Positions 50,872 to 60,956 of a stretch of DNA of 64,000 nt are shown here, piece by piece. Both the position numbers and the translations under genes were made by a program. The DNA is from a virus. The DNA is taken from IMG/VR virus record IMGVR_UViG_3300036766_000678, positions 1 through 64,000 of that record; one strand, given 5' to 3'. Below the pieces are notes generated by a model, which worked only from the letters and a program-made list of their open reading frames with translations, made no database searches and was not told where the DNA came from. Every line of letters begins with the position of its first letter. Position 1 is the first letter of the stretch.

Positions 50872-50889
50872 TATTTATCATCCTCAAGC

Positions 50890-51720
50890 CTATCTGTTTT
50901 TCCAAAATTCCTTTACTTCTTTGGCTGTTTTCTTAACATGATCTGGCAAAGATAAAGGTCGCATATTTTTATAATTAACTGCTTTAAGGAATTGTTTCCT
51001 ATCCGTAAGATCAAACTTAAACAATGCTATCTTATGGTCTAAATCCCAGATCTTGCCCCAATTGGCCCAAGTCATGCCTCGTTTAAATTTCTTTTCTATA
51101 TACTTTATAAAGAACTCTATTGAACAGCCGAGATCTCTTACTGCGGAACCAGTCTTTTGCTTATTTTTAATTGCCAACCCAAGTCTAGATCGAAGATAAA
51201 CTCTCAGTTTATATTGCAAATCTGTTTTTCGACGAAAAGCTGAACGTTTACATGCTTGAATTCTTATTTTCTTTTTATTCCAACGTTTTTTAGTTTTTCT
51301 AATCCGTTTGATATTATCCCGTCTCCATTTTTGTTCTCTTATTCTTATTTGATCTCTATGTTTGGCTTGATATGTCCTAGCGATTTTTATATACTCTAAT
51401 CTATGACGATGGTAGGATTTTCTGCCTCTTTTTCGTACAAGTCTCTTGTGTTTGTCTCTGTATCTCTTAGACCATAATCTTGCACATTCTAAGCAACAGC
51501 CATTCCATTTATTTCTACCAACAACAGAGACATCATGCCCTTGTAGACAAAATTGTTTTCTTGGTTTTGAAATATGCCCTTCTTTTATTTTTTGTCTAAA
51601 TTTTTTAGCCCTTATTTTCTTACATTTTTTACATTCCCCATTAGCTTTATCTCGTCCATATATAAATGTATTATGACCATTTATACAAAATCTCTTTTTC
51701 TTTCTAATTCTTCTTTTCAT
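50890..51720 (-). CDS. HNH-type homing endonuclease, paralog of 24582..25433
   Basis: DLGCSIEFF...MTWANWG..WDLDHKI; two FCxxGH modules. Confidence 0.8.
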   Translation of the reverse strand: MKRRIRKKKRFCINGHNTFIYGRDKANGECKKCKKIRAKKFRQKIKEGHISKPRKQFCLQGHDVSVVGRNKWNGCCLECARLWSKRYRDKHKRLVRKRGRKSYHRHRLEYIKIARTYQAKHRDQIRIREQKWRRDNIKRIRKTKKRWNKKKIRIQACKRSAFRRKTDLQYKLRVYLRSRLGLAIKNKQKTGSAVRDLGCSIEFFIKYIEKKFKRGMTWANWGKIWDLDHKIALFKFDLTDRKQFLKAVNYKNMRPLSLPDHVKKTAKEVKEFWKNR

Positions 51721-52211
51721 TTATTCTTCATCTTCGTCATGAATATGTTCGTGATCTGGAGTATGAAAATCAGCTATCTCTTCATCATCCATTTGGACAA
51801 TAAAAAATTCTCCACTATAAAAAATCTTAGTTTTAATTGAAGTATCCGACCATACTCTATTGCACTCCAAAACGCCAGAAGGTCCTACACGCACATCTTC
51901 TGCAACCATCATGTCATCCTGCCTTTTCTGAAGCTCCGTATTTAATAAAAAAAATTCTATATAAACGTGTTGGAACAATATCATCAGTCATTTTAGGTTC
52001 TCCTCATTCTATTTCTTCGTCAATTAATCTAATAAAGCTCACATTAGTTAATGGAAATATAGTGATATGCTCACTTCCATCACCATCTTCTCTAAATGTT
52101 ACCCAAGCACATCCATTCCTAAACTTTAAACTAACTAATTCATCTGATAATTCAGAGGAATCATGGCCATTTAAAAATACTTGAATTACCTTAATTGTTT
52201 TCTTATTCATA

Positions 52212-54326
52212 TTATTCGCTATCGTATTTCAATAAAAAATTTGGATTTATGGCCTTGAACGAGAGCCTTCCGTATAGCTCTTCTTCATATTCCTCAACTA
52301 ACGGGCGCAACACAATTCCTTCTCTATGAATATCTTTATTCAATAAACTTTTCCCCTTTGAAAATTCTACAAGTTCATCAACGGTTTTAGGTAAAAGAAA
52401 ATCTTCTGAAATAATTGGCACAGTTTCTAATCCTAATAATTTGGCTACCTTTATAAATTCATCATAACATAAATATTGCCTCTTGTCAATATCAAATATA
52501 TTAAAAAGTTTTAGGGTTAGCCCAGATAACTTGTATTTGTTGCCCTGACAACCCATGCCAATCAACTCACCCTGCAATCCAAGATTATACCCATATAACT
52601 TTAATTTGCTTTCAAGATCTAATTCTCTAGCCACTTTCCAATATGCATTTCCATCTGTCTCTTTTAGTTCTAAATTCCTTGAACAAACCCCAAACGTATT
52701 GTTATTCAGATAAACTGTCATAGAAGAGTTATGAACCAAAATACCATTAGCGATATAATTATGAGTAGTAGTTTCTAGATCATATCCAACTTTACCACAA
52801 ACAAACTTTTCATTACTTATATTTTTAATTTTTAAAACTTTAGAAGTAAAAGGTAATAATATTTCAGATCCACCTACAATCGGCTTATATTGTTCTTTTC
52901 TGTATTCCTCTGGAAGTTTATATCGCATACAAGGTACTATATAGGGTGAAATTGCTTTCCAAAAATTATTTAAAGATCCTTTCTTCCATAAAATATTTAT
53001 CTCCCAACCTTTATTATAATAAATAGAACAAGATACACCATACATTTCTTCTAATTTTTTTGCCAATCTTTCAACATCACTATTATTAAAGCCATTAGTA
53101 GAAAATCGTGCTCTATCATGCTGACCAAGATATTGCGAATTGTGTATTAAAGAACCATCATCCATATACCATTTAGCTACTGAGAAATCATCTATCCAGG
53201 AAAGATCTTGCGGTACAATCTTTTTTCCTTTAGGATACCATTTCTTTCGTAATTCATGCAGAGCATGATATGCTTTGGAATGAAAATTCATAACCTCACT
53301 ATTAAACTCGGTTACATGAATTGCTCTATTACCATAACAATTACCAAGTAACCTAATTATTTCCTCAGAATATTCAATATGTTCAGTTTTATGATTTTCA
53401 GTATATCTGCAACTTTCACTTCGTTTATCCATTACAAGACACCCATCCCCCAATAATCCTGATTCTATCGTATGAAAAGCTGTTAGATCAGGAGAAGTAG
53501 CATATGAAATTAAATTATCACCAATTCTTACTTTTTCTGCTAAAATTTCTCCTTGTTCCGTAAATATATTATGGTTTGGGGTAACTTTAAGAGTCCATAC
53601 TTTCTTACCTGCTCGTTTATAATGCGGGGGAGTATATCTTATTTCTAACCATTTTTCTTTTCTACCATTATTAAATCTTTTTATGACTTGTGTAGGAACT
53701 AAATTTCCCTGTTTATCCATACCAATTAAAGTAGGGTAAAGCTTCTTATTTACAATATCACCAATAGTACAATGTTTACCATCCCAAGTAGGTAGATATG
53801 TCTTATAACTAAAACAACCATCTAATTTTTCTGTAACATAAAAAGACTTTCCTCGATGCTTATCAAGTAACTGTGGAAAAGAATTTATTCTTTGTTCATC
53901 ACTTTTAAACATAAATTCAGGAAAAGAGCCTTTAGAAATTCCAGCTAACTGGGCTGGTATTTGAACTTCCCATTTTTGGATTTGGAGACATTCAGTAATG
54001 TTATCTCCTTCCTTAATTAACTCGACCATTTCAAGATGTTCCAGAGTATTTGTAAAAACAGACAGCGGAAGACACAAACCTTGACTAATCTGCTTCTTGA
54101 ATCGACGAGTTTTTACTCTATACCCACTATCCTTAAGAAGCTTAAAAGTTTCTGTTTGTGGGGTTACACTATCGACCTCAAGAAACACTACCAGATCTCC
54201 AACTTTAAATTCTCCCTTACCCACAACACAGTGCCAACCAAGGATTGTGGCTCGTTCAATACGATCCGCACCCTCTATAGGACTTATATCTAAAATGCGC
54301 TGAACTGACGCAAGTTTACGTTCCAT
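52212..54326 (-). CDS. RNA ligase (DRB0094/Rnl2-like) containing an intein
   Basis: N-terminal PIEGADRIE OB-like domain, TEKLDG|SS, QGELIG, EGIVLR, SFKAIN. Confidence 0.88.
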   Translation of the reverse strand: MERKLASVQRILDISPIEGADRIERATILGWHCVVGKGEFKVGDLVVFLEVDSVTPQTETFKLLKDSGYRVKTRRFKKQISQGLCLPLSVFTNTLEHLEMVELIKEGDNITECLQIQKWEVQIPAQLAGISKGSFPEFMFKSDEQRINSFPQLLDKHRGKSFYVTEKLDGCFSYKTYLPTWDGKHCTIGDIVNKKLYPTLIGMDKQGNLVPTQVIKRFNNGRKEKWLEIRYTPPHYKRAGKKVWTLKVTPNHNIFTEQGEILAEKVRIGDNLISYATSPDLTAFHTIESGLLGDGCLVMDKRSESCRYTENHKTEHIEYSEEIIRLLGNCYGNRAIHVTEFNSEVMNFHSKAYHALHELRKKWYPKGKKIVPQDLSWIDDFSVAKWYMDDGSLIHNSQYLGQHDRARFSTNGFNNSDVERLAKKLEEMYGVSCSIYYNKGWEINILWKKGSLNNFWKAISPYIVPCMRYKLPEEYRKEQYKPIVGGSEILLPFTSKVLKIKNISNEKFVCGKVGYDLETTTHNYIANGILVHNSSMTVYLNNNTFGVCSRNLELKETDGNAYWKVARELDLESKLKLYGYNLGLQGELIGMGCQGNKYKLSGLTLKLFNIFDIDKRQYLCYDEFIKVAKLLGLETVPIISEDFLLPKTVDELVEFSKGKSLLNKDIHREGIVLRPLVEEYEEELYGRLSFKAINPNFLLKYDSE
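52728..53816 (-). mobile_element. Intein with LAGLIDADG homing endonuclease (363 aa) after the ligase KLDG motif
   Basis: Starts CFSY, ends ILVHN before Ser; GLLGDG and WYMDDG. Confidence 0.92.
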
Positions 54327-54329
54327 TAG

Positions 54330-54665
54330 TTAAATTGGCTCCACAACACGAATATTTTGCAATTGTCTTATATCATAAACTTCATCTGCAAATAGTCCAT
54401 GTTTTCCTTGAGGCAAAATACAAATAGAATCATCATACTTAACAAATCCCTCAAAGATTCCTCTTACAACTGTACCATCTTTTAATGAAATCTCTACAAA
54501 GGATTTCTTAGGAAACTTTTGAACTCTAACTCTAATCTGCTCAGCATATATTTGATTGAATTCCCTGGAGAGATCTTTGTATTCATCTGCATGAACCATT
54601 TTAGCAAGAAAATGCATTACAATAAAAAGAAGAATAAAACCAATGAGCATTCTTAAAAATTTCAT
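54330..54665 (-). CDS. Secreted or membrane-anchored protein with an Sm-like pattern
   Basis: Signal peptide; VEISLKDGTVVRGIFEGF. Confidence 0.4.
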   Translation of the reverse strand: MKFLRMLIGFILLFIVMHFLAKMVHADEYKDLSREFNQIYAEQIRVRVQKFPKKSFVEISLKDGTVVRGIFEGFVKYDDSICILPQGKHGLFADEVYDIRQLQNIRVVEPI

Positions 54666-54844
54666 TTTAAATTCTCCTTTTTAACGATCTCTTCAACCTG
54701 TCTATCAAACAGAATGAAGCTACATTTATAGCAAAAATAAAACTTATCTTCTCCATTTTTACACATCCAAGTACCTCTACATTTTGGACAAATTAAGTTA
54801 TATATCTCTGGCATTGTCACTTCGTATTTAGTCATTATATTCTC

Positions 54845-55285
54845 CTAATTCTTTAAAGCTTCCATATAAACATCATGAGCTTCTTGCTCCGTATTAAAAT
54901 ACCCCAAAGAATCCTGTTTTCCATTAATCATAATCTGCACTTGCCACTTATTCTTACCTTTATGCCAAGAAGCCCCTACTAGTCTCCCATTACTATGCTG
55001 TTTTCTGTTTTGTTGATTTTGTCTTGTAGTAGCAATTCTTAAATTATCTCGTTGATTGTTTAATCCATTTCCATCTTTATGATCTACTTCAAATCCTTTG
55101 GAAGGTTTACCAACAACAAGATGGTGAAGACGAATTGTTTTATGGCCCTCTTTTCTACTGGTGTGTCTTACAGCATAAAAAATATTATAGCTTTTTTGAG
55201 CATACCATTTTAAATGCCCTAAAACTTCGTAAACATCATCATCTACTAAAGCTATTTTACCTTGTGTTAATGTTATTTGTTTCAA
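54845..55285 (-). CDS. HNH-AP2 homing endonuclease
   Basis: VDHKDGNGLNNQRDNLR; WQVQI..NGKQ.SLGYF..EQEA. Confidence 0.9.
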   Translation of the reverse strand: MKQITLTQGKIALVDDDVYEVLGHLKWYAQKSYNIFYAVRHTSRKEGHKTIRLHHLVVGKPSKGFEVDHKDGNGLNNQRDNLRIATTRQNQQNRKQHSNGRLVGASWHKGKNKWQVQIMINGKQDSLGYFNTEQEAHDVYMEALKN

Positions 55286-55388
55286 TTATATACTCCTTTC
55301 CTTAATTCTTTTTATAACAAGATTTTATCCTTACCCCCGCTCGATGCTGGGTGGTGCAACAGCACCCCAGGGATAAGGGAAAGTCTAA

Positions 55389-55934
55389 TTACCGAGCCAA
55401 TCTACTAACTAGACGTTCAAGAGACTTAATCTGAGTATCTTGCTTTTCTAGCAGTCGTTCTTCATATGACTTGCCCAGTTTCAATACAATACGTGCTCCG
55501 AACATGAAGTTACGGCTATTATGAAACTCTTCACTTACATCATGAGCATCATGCCGATCAAAGGCATAAGTATTGAACGCCTGAAGCTGAACATACTTTC
55601 CATCATACAATCGAACAGCGGTGTCTACAACCAACTTCGCTGAATTATCAACTTGAGCATCAGTACCATTTTTTCCCGCAACTCCTTGAGGACCTGTTGC
55701 ACCATTTAAACCATCTTGACCTACTCCACCTTGCCCACCTTGGCCACCAACACCCCCAGGCTGACCTGGTTGCCCTGGTTGTCCTAGATTAGAACACCCA
55801 TTTCCTACGCCCTTATCATTACCGCAATTTGCTTTTGCCAGAGTGCCAACACTCATAACTAAAGCAATCATTATTACCAATTTCTTCATTTTATTTCCCC
55901 TTTGTGTTGTCATTGCTGGCTGAGACCAGTACAT
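55389..55934 (-). CDS. Secreted collagen-like (Gly-X-Y) protein
   Basis: Signal peptide, CGNDKGVGNGC, about 14 GXY triplets, beta strands, terminal coiled coil. Confidence 0.7.
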   Translation of the reverse strand: MYWSQPAMTTQRGNKMKKLVIMIALVMSVGTLAKANCGNDKGVGNGCSNLGQPGQPGQPGGVGGQGGQGGVGQDGLNGATGPQGVAGKNGTDAQVDNSAKLVVDTAVRLYDGKYVQLQAFNTYAFDRHDAHDVSEEFHNSRNFMFGARIVLKLGKSYEERLLEKQDTQIKSLERLVSRLAR

Positions 55935-56347
55935 CTACTATTATAATGGCATGTTTGAACTTCTCTTCACCTAGTTTGATTAGAGCATCAAATTCATCTT
56001 TAGAAAGCTTTTTTGGACTATGAACTTTATATGAGGGGACATTATATTCATGTGTCTTAGCCTCATGCCGCTGAAGAGCATATCTATTTTTTGGAAGAAT
56101 TTCACCACAAACACATTGAACCATTATTTAATCCCCGCTAAAAATCTTCGTGCTACTTCAGGAAGAATAATTCCCTTTAAAACTAAACGATCCATTACTG
56201 CTTCAATAGGATGAACAGTAGATACTGCCAAATCCAACAACTCTTCATAACCTCTTATAATTTCCATTTTCTCTCCTAAGTAAGTATACCATACTTATCA
56301 ACCAATTGCACCCCAAAATTTATTAAAGAACTTTTTGCTATTAATTA

Positions 56348-56376
56348 AGAATATCAGATTTTTAACTACTTGTCAA
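56348..56376 (-). promoter_or_regulatory. Sigma70-type promoter P7
   Basis: TTGACA-N17-TATTCT preceded by AAAAATAACCC, as in P4. Confidence 0.7.
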
Positions 56377-56379
56377 GGG

Positions 56380-57117
56380 TTATTTTTCAAGTAGTAAAAG
56401 AAGTCCCATTAGTCCTATTCCAAGAACTATAAAAACACATTGATAAATAGAGCTTTTACCATCATTCTTACAGTGTAATTCTGGAACTAAATTGGCCCCC
56501 CCTATATAAATAAAAGACCCTGCTGTAATAGGCAAAACAAACTGAGAAAAGGAAGCCATTTTAGATTGGCAAACAACTGCTAGGATAACCCCCAGAACAG
56601 CAAAAAGGGCACTTACAGCGTTAAATAATACAGCTTTGGCCCATGAATACCCCGCAGACAATAATACAGCGAAATCGCCAATCTCATGTGGAATCTCATG
56701 TAAGATAACAGCCAAGGTAGTAGTTATACCTATACGAATATCCACCATATAGGAAGCTCCAATCAATATTCCGTCAATTAAATTATGCACACTATCTGCT
56801 GCTAAAATAATCCTACCTACAGGTTTTATATGGGCATGTTCACATCCTCCATGTTGTTTCCAACGAAGAAATTTCTCAAACATAAAAGATCCAACAATAC
56901 CAGATAAAATTAAAAGTGAAGATCTACCTGAATGCTCCTTGCAATCGTAAACTTCTGGTACAATATGCAGAAAAGCATCTCCAAATAAAGAGCCTGTAGC
57001 AAAACTGATAAAGAAAAAGAGAAGATCATTGGTTGTAGATTTACGAAAAGGGAGAAGAACCAATCCTAAAAGAGAAAGACTACTGACAACGAGAGCACTT
57101 AAAAGTGGATATAGCAT
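56380..57117 (-). CDS. ZIP-family zinc/iron transporter
   Basis: HNLIDG, HEIPHEIGD, His-rich loop, multiple transmembrane helices. Confidence 0.92.
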   Translation of the reverse strand: MLYPLLSALVVSSLSLLGLVLLPFRKSTTNDLLFFFISFATGSLFGDAFLHIVPEVYDCKEHSGRSSLLILSGIVGSFMFEKFLRWKQHGGCEHAHIKPVGRIILAADSVHNLIDGILIGASYMVDIRIGITTTLAVILHEIPHEIGDFAVLLSAGYSWAKAVLFNAVSALFAVLGVILAVVCQSKMASFSQFVLPITAGSFIYIGGANLVPELHCKNDGKSSIYQCVFIVLGIGLMGLLLLLEK

Positions 57118-57512
57118 TACTCTTCCTTCTTACCTTTCAAATCCCATTCCTTATACACACTTATGTACCCAACCCACATATGGGAAATTGGCTGATCAGA
57201 AGGTTCCATAACATTTCTATATTCAACTCCAAAAGTAATAGGTGCAATAAATGTTTTATTTCTTATCCCCATGGACATATTTTCAATATTAGCTATGTCT
57301 ATTTGTTGGAACTTAGAAAAAGATAAATAAGGTTCAATCCATGGTGCCCCAACAAAACGTACTCCTTGAGTAATATCCATAGACATATTAAAATTATCTG
57401 CATTAGACACCCTATCAAATCTCCCATCCATACTGCCTTTCATATCAAGAATATCCAATGGGCCAGCAAATAAAGGGGAAGTTAGAAATAATAGCAATAA
57501 TAATTTTTTCAT
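57117..57512 (-). CDS. Small secreted beta-barrel-like protein
   Basis: Signal peptide; alternating strands TFGVEYR, GYISVYKEW. Confidence 0.5.
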   Translation of the reverse strand: MKKLLLLLFLTSPLFAGPLDILDMKGSMDGRFDRVSNADNFNMSMDITQGVRFVGAPWIEPYLSFSKFQQIDIANIENMSMGIRNKTFIAPITFGVEYRNVMEPSDQPISHMWVGYISVYKEWDLKGKKEE

Positions 57513-58681
57513 TTATGGTTCTCCTCATATTTCATTTCCAAAAAAGGAATAAACAATAAACATAACAAGGTAGCTATACCTGAAACAACCACTAATCCAT
57601 TATAACCTAAATATTTAAATAAGGCTCCTCCAGCTAATTTGCTGCAAAAAGTTCCAAAATTTACAACACTACAAAGAAGTGCAAAAGTCGTAGCTTCAGT
57701 TCCATCTGGACAAGCTCTTGCCATGTAATCCAATAAAATTAATTGGATAAATGATCCACTTACACCAAACAATAGAGTGTACCATAAAACTGTGCTTCGT
57801 GTCAAGTACAAATATGCAAACGTACTAATTGCACTCAAGAGAGTTCCCCATATAAGCCATTTTTTGATATTTATACCTTTCGAAAATTTAAAATATAAGA
57901 GGGCCCCCATCAAACTGCATACGGCCCCAATTGTCTCCAGCCATCCAATCCAAATTTTACTGAAATGAAGTCCATTTCTCATTTTATCCATAAGAGGTGT
58001 TCCAATAGAAGGACTAAACCATAAACAGAATAAAAAAAGTGCTGATAGTAAGAACTGCCTTCTAGATAAAGCTTTTAACCAGCTTCCTAGGCCCAAGGAC
58101 GACTTTTTAGATTCGGCCTTGGGTTCAGGATACCTAAATGCAAAATAGCTTATTAGAAGAGGAAAAATAGCTATGATCAAATATGCTGTCTTATAATTAT
58201 AATGTTGGGCAATATATCCACCAGAAATTCCAGTTAAAATTTGAGCTGTGTAAAGGGCTCCCCATTGAATTGACTGGAATCTACCAGTTTCATTTAGTTC
58301 CTTTCCACGTTCAACCATAATTCCATCTATACAAACATCATCAAAAGCTCCTCCTAATGATTCAAGTACAATAAGACTCATAAGTAAAGGCAAGGAGAGA
58401 ATTGGAGAAATACCAATAAAAAATAAAATACCCACACTAATTATACAACTTAGAATTATATAGGATTTTCTTTTGTAAGAAAAAAGAGGAAACGAATCAC
58501 TAATCCAGCCATATACTGGCTTCACCATCCAAGGAAGTGTACTTAATGAACCAAGCCACATTATTGTGGGAACTGAAAGCCCAAGATTCTCACGAAGATA
58601 AAAATATAGGGGTTGTGAAGCCAAATTATTTATACCCTGATTAAAGTAAGTAAGTGCAAATAATATATAAAGAATATTCAT
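57509..58681 (-). CDS. MFS transporter, BT1 (folate/biopterin)-like
   Basis: About 12 transmembrane helices; PWMVKPVYGWISD..P....KRKSY; DVCIDGIMVE. Confidence 0.85.
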   Translation of the reverse strand: MNILYILFALTYFNQGINNLASQPLYFYLRENLGLSVPTIMWLGSLSTLPWMVKPVYGWISDSFPLFSYKRKSYIILSCIISVGILFFIGISPILSLPLLMSLIVLESLGGAFDDVCIDGIMVERGKELNETGRFQSIQWGALYTAQILTGISGGYIAQHYNYKTAYLIIAIFPLLISYFAFRYPEPKAESKKSSLGLGSWLKALSRRQFLLSALFLFCLWFSPSIGTPLMDKMRNGLHFSKIWIGWLETIGAVCSLMGALLYFKFSKGINIKKWLIWGTLLSAISTFAYLYLTRSTVLWYTLLFGVSGSFIQLILLDYMARACPDGTEATTFALLCSVVNFGTFCSKLAGGALFKYLGYNGLVVVSGIATLLCLLFIPFLEMKYEENHK

Positions 58682-59346
58682 TATAATTCTACCACAATAG
58701 GTTTGTAAACTACTTTATAACTTTCATTCAACACAGAAGCATTAACAAATTTGACTCCATCTATAACTTCCTCGCCGTGTGAGGAATGTATATGGCCCAT
58801 ACAATGCAAACGAAGGTCTTTCAATTGGTCTACTCGTTTCCTAAGTTCTTCACATCCCAAATGTTCAGGACCTAAATGCTTATGATAAGGTTCTTCTGTA
58901 TTAACATCTAAGATTCCAAATGGGGGGCCGTGTGTCACTAAAATTTGTGTATTTTCTGGAATTTTTGCCCACCATTTTTTTATCTCTGCACCACGTTGTT
59001 CATTGAAAGCCCACGAATTAAAAAACGGGGTCCTAGGGGACCCGTACCACCTATAACCCATAAACTCTAATGGTTCATCTTGAAGATAAATACAATTGGT
59101 CATGATAGATCTAGCTAATGTAGGATTTTTTTCGAATAAAAAATCATGATTACCACAGACGGTCACAACCTCAGAACATACCCCATCTTTTTTTAATTTC
59201 CCAAACCATTGATTAATTTCCCAAAGAGATTGAAAATCACCCGTATAAGAATAATCCCCCGCATGAATAAGAACATCACACTTTGGAATTTCTATACTTC
59301 GATGCTGGTTATGGCTGTCCGAAATACAAGCTATTTTAATCATCAA
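58681..59346 (-). CDS. Metallophosphoesterase (MPPED-like)
   Basis: SDSH, HAGD, GNHD, THGPP, GHIH. Confidence 0.88.
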   Translation of the reverse strand: MMIKIACISDSHNQHRSIEIPKCDVLIHAGDYSYTGDFQSLWEINQWFGKLKKDGVCSEVVTVCGNHDFLFEKNPTLARSIMTNCIYLQDEPLEFMGYRWYGSPRTPFFNSWAFNEQRGAEIKKWWAKIPENTQILVTHGPPFGILDVNTEEPYHKHLGPEHLGCEELRKRVDQLKDLRLHCMGHIHSSHGEEVIDGVKFVNASVLNESYKVVYKPIVVEL

Positions 59347-60730
59347 AGTTCATCTCACTTATATCTTTAACCGGAACTAATTTATACTTTGATTCTTTAG
59401 CATATACACTCATCCGACTATTTGCATGAGATTCTAAGTACTTTACATTATTATCAAATACATCAACAATAATTGCTTTATCTTTTCCATCTGAAAGCCG
59501 CAAAGTACGACCAATGGCTTGGTACGCTGCCACAGTGGAAGCTTCAGCCCTAGCGGTAATAAGGACCTCTAATTTTACAATATCTACCCCTTCACCCAGA
59601 ATATTAGAACTTATGATCAATTTTCTTGTGCCTTCCTTGAATTCCTGCAATACTTTTTTTCTTTTCTCTGGTTCTGTACTACCATGAATGAATACTGCTT
59701 CAGGATATACCTTCTCTAAAATTTTTAGAAGGTTTTCTCCATGTTCGATGTAATTGATCAAAATTAAAGTACTCTTATTTGCTTGTACTGCTTTCATTGC
59801 AATATCAACAACTAATTGGTTTCGTTCTACATTATTTGTTACTTCTGTATCGTAAATTTCAGAATAAGGCATTCCTTTTCGTGGTTTACGTTCATGCTTA
59901 AAATCATAAAGAAATATTGTAGGCGGGACAAGCCAACCATCTTGTATAAGTTTGGAAGCATCAATATCCCATTTTTTCTTTCCAGCAAAGCCATCAAGAA
60001 GAATCGACATATTATCTTCTCTCCAATCCGTTCCAGTCCAGAGATACCTATAGTAAGCATTAGGACAAGCCTGAGCAATTTCCCAATATGTCTCGCATGG
60101 GGCGTGATGCCCTTCATCCCCCATCAACACTTCAACTTTAGGTAAAAAATCTTTCAGTTCATGAGAAGATTGAATCATAGAAATTGTTATGGGTTTTATA
60201 TCAACAACCCCTGCTCCAACAGTTCCAATCGGTACTTGGAGAATTCGCTCTAATGTTTCTTTAATCTGCTGCATAATCTCTTGCCTATGAATCAAAATTA
60301 AAGTGGTGAGATTCAACTTACCCACCAAAGCAGCAATACAAACCGTTTTGCCCCCACCTGTTGAAATCCTAATAACTGCTCTTTGCTGTTCAACAGAATC
60401 ATTAACCACTTGTTCTTGATACGGTCTAAGAGTAACATTGTACAAAGGAAGAGCTAGTTGTTCTTTCGGTTTTATTCTCAAATCCACATATTCATATTCT
60501 ATTTTAAATTTCTCCAATACTTCTCTAACCAACCACACCATCCCAGTTGCAAACGCCAGTCCCTTTTTAGTAAAAAAATGCTTTCGACCATCCCAATAAG
60601 GGGTTCTTTGTCTAGCATAATAAGAACCTACTACTTCTGCTGAGAGTTTATTGTACAAAGCAGAAATAATTTTAGGATCAAGATCTCCTACAAGCTTAGA
60701 TTTAACGTTCTGGATTTCTATTTGAATCAT
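59336..60730 (-). CDS. Superfamily 2 helicase (UvsW/XPB-like)
   Basis: TGGGKT, DEGHH, TGT, GEGVD, QAIGR. Confidence 0.88.
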   Translation of the reverse strand: MIQIEIQNVKSKLVGDLDPKIISALYNKLSAEVVGSYYARQRTPYWDGRKHFFTKKGLAFATGMVWLVREVLEKFKIEYEYVDLRIKPKEQLALPLYNVTLRPYQEQVVNDSVEQQRAVIRISTGGGKTVCIAALVGKLNLTTLILIHRQEIMQQIKETLERILQVPIGTVGAGVVDIKPITISMIQSSHELKDFLPKVEVLMGDEGHHAPCETYWEIAQACPNAYYRYLWTGTDWREDNMSILLDGFAGKKKWDIDASKLIQDGWLVPPTIFLYDFKHERKPRKGMPYSEIYDTEVTNNVERNQLVVDIAMKAVQANKSTLILINYIEHGENLLKILEKVYPEAVFIHGSTEPEKRKKVLQEFKEGTRKLIISSNILGEGVDIVKLEVLITARAEASTVAAYQAIGRTLRLSDGKDKAIIVDVFDNNVKYLESHANSRMSVYAKESKYKLVPVKDISEMNFDD

Positions 60731-60956
60731 ATTTCCACTCTAAATATTCTAAATTATTCATCTGTTGCCAATAACACTCATTATTACACATGTAACAAAC
60801 AGGATATCTTTCTATGTGCTCCTGCCAAACTTCATGGCCAACATCTTCTAAAAATACATACCCACCACGATCAAATCCTTCTTCACCATGATCTTGATAT
60901 TCATGGCCACACTTGCATGGGTAATTACTTTGTTCATTCATAGAAATTTGGTACAC
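60702..60956 (-). CDS. NLEYLE-family small Cys/His protein (probable start ATG at 60941)
   Basis: CKCGHEYQDH..CYMC ... MNNLEYLEWKYD. Confidence 0.8.
   Translation of the reverse strand: MYQISMNEQSNYPCKCGHEYQDHGEEGFDRGGYVFLEDVGHEVWQEHIERYPVCYMCNNECYWQQMNNLEYLEWKYDSNRNPER

Noticed and set aside
56283-56311. Additional family promoter (TGG-TATACT)
   Set aside because: No credible -35 at 17 bp spacing.
60942-60956. GTG start of 60702..60956
   Set aside because: It lies inside the tRNA 3' end; the ATG at 60941 is more plausible.
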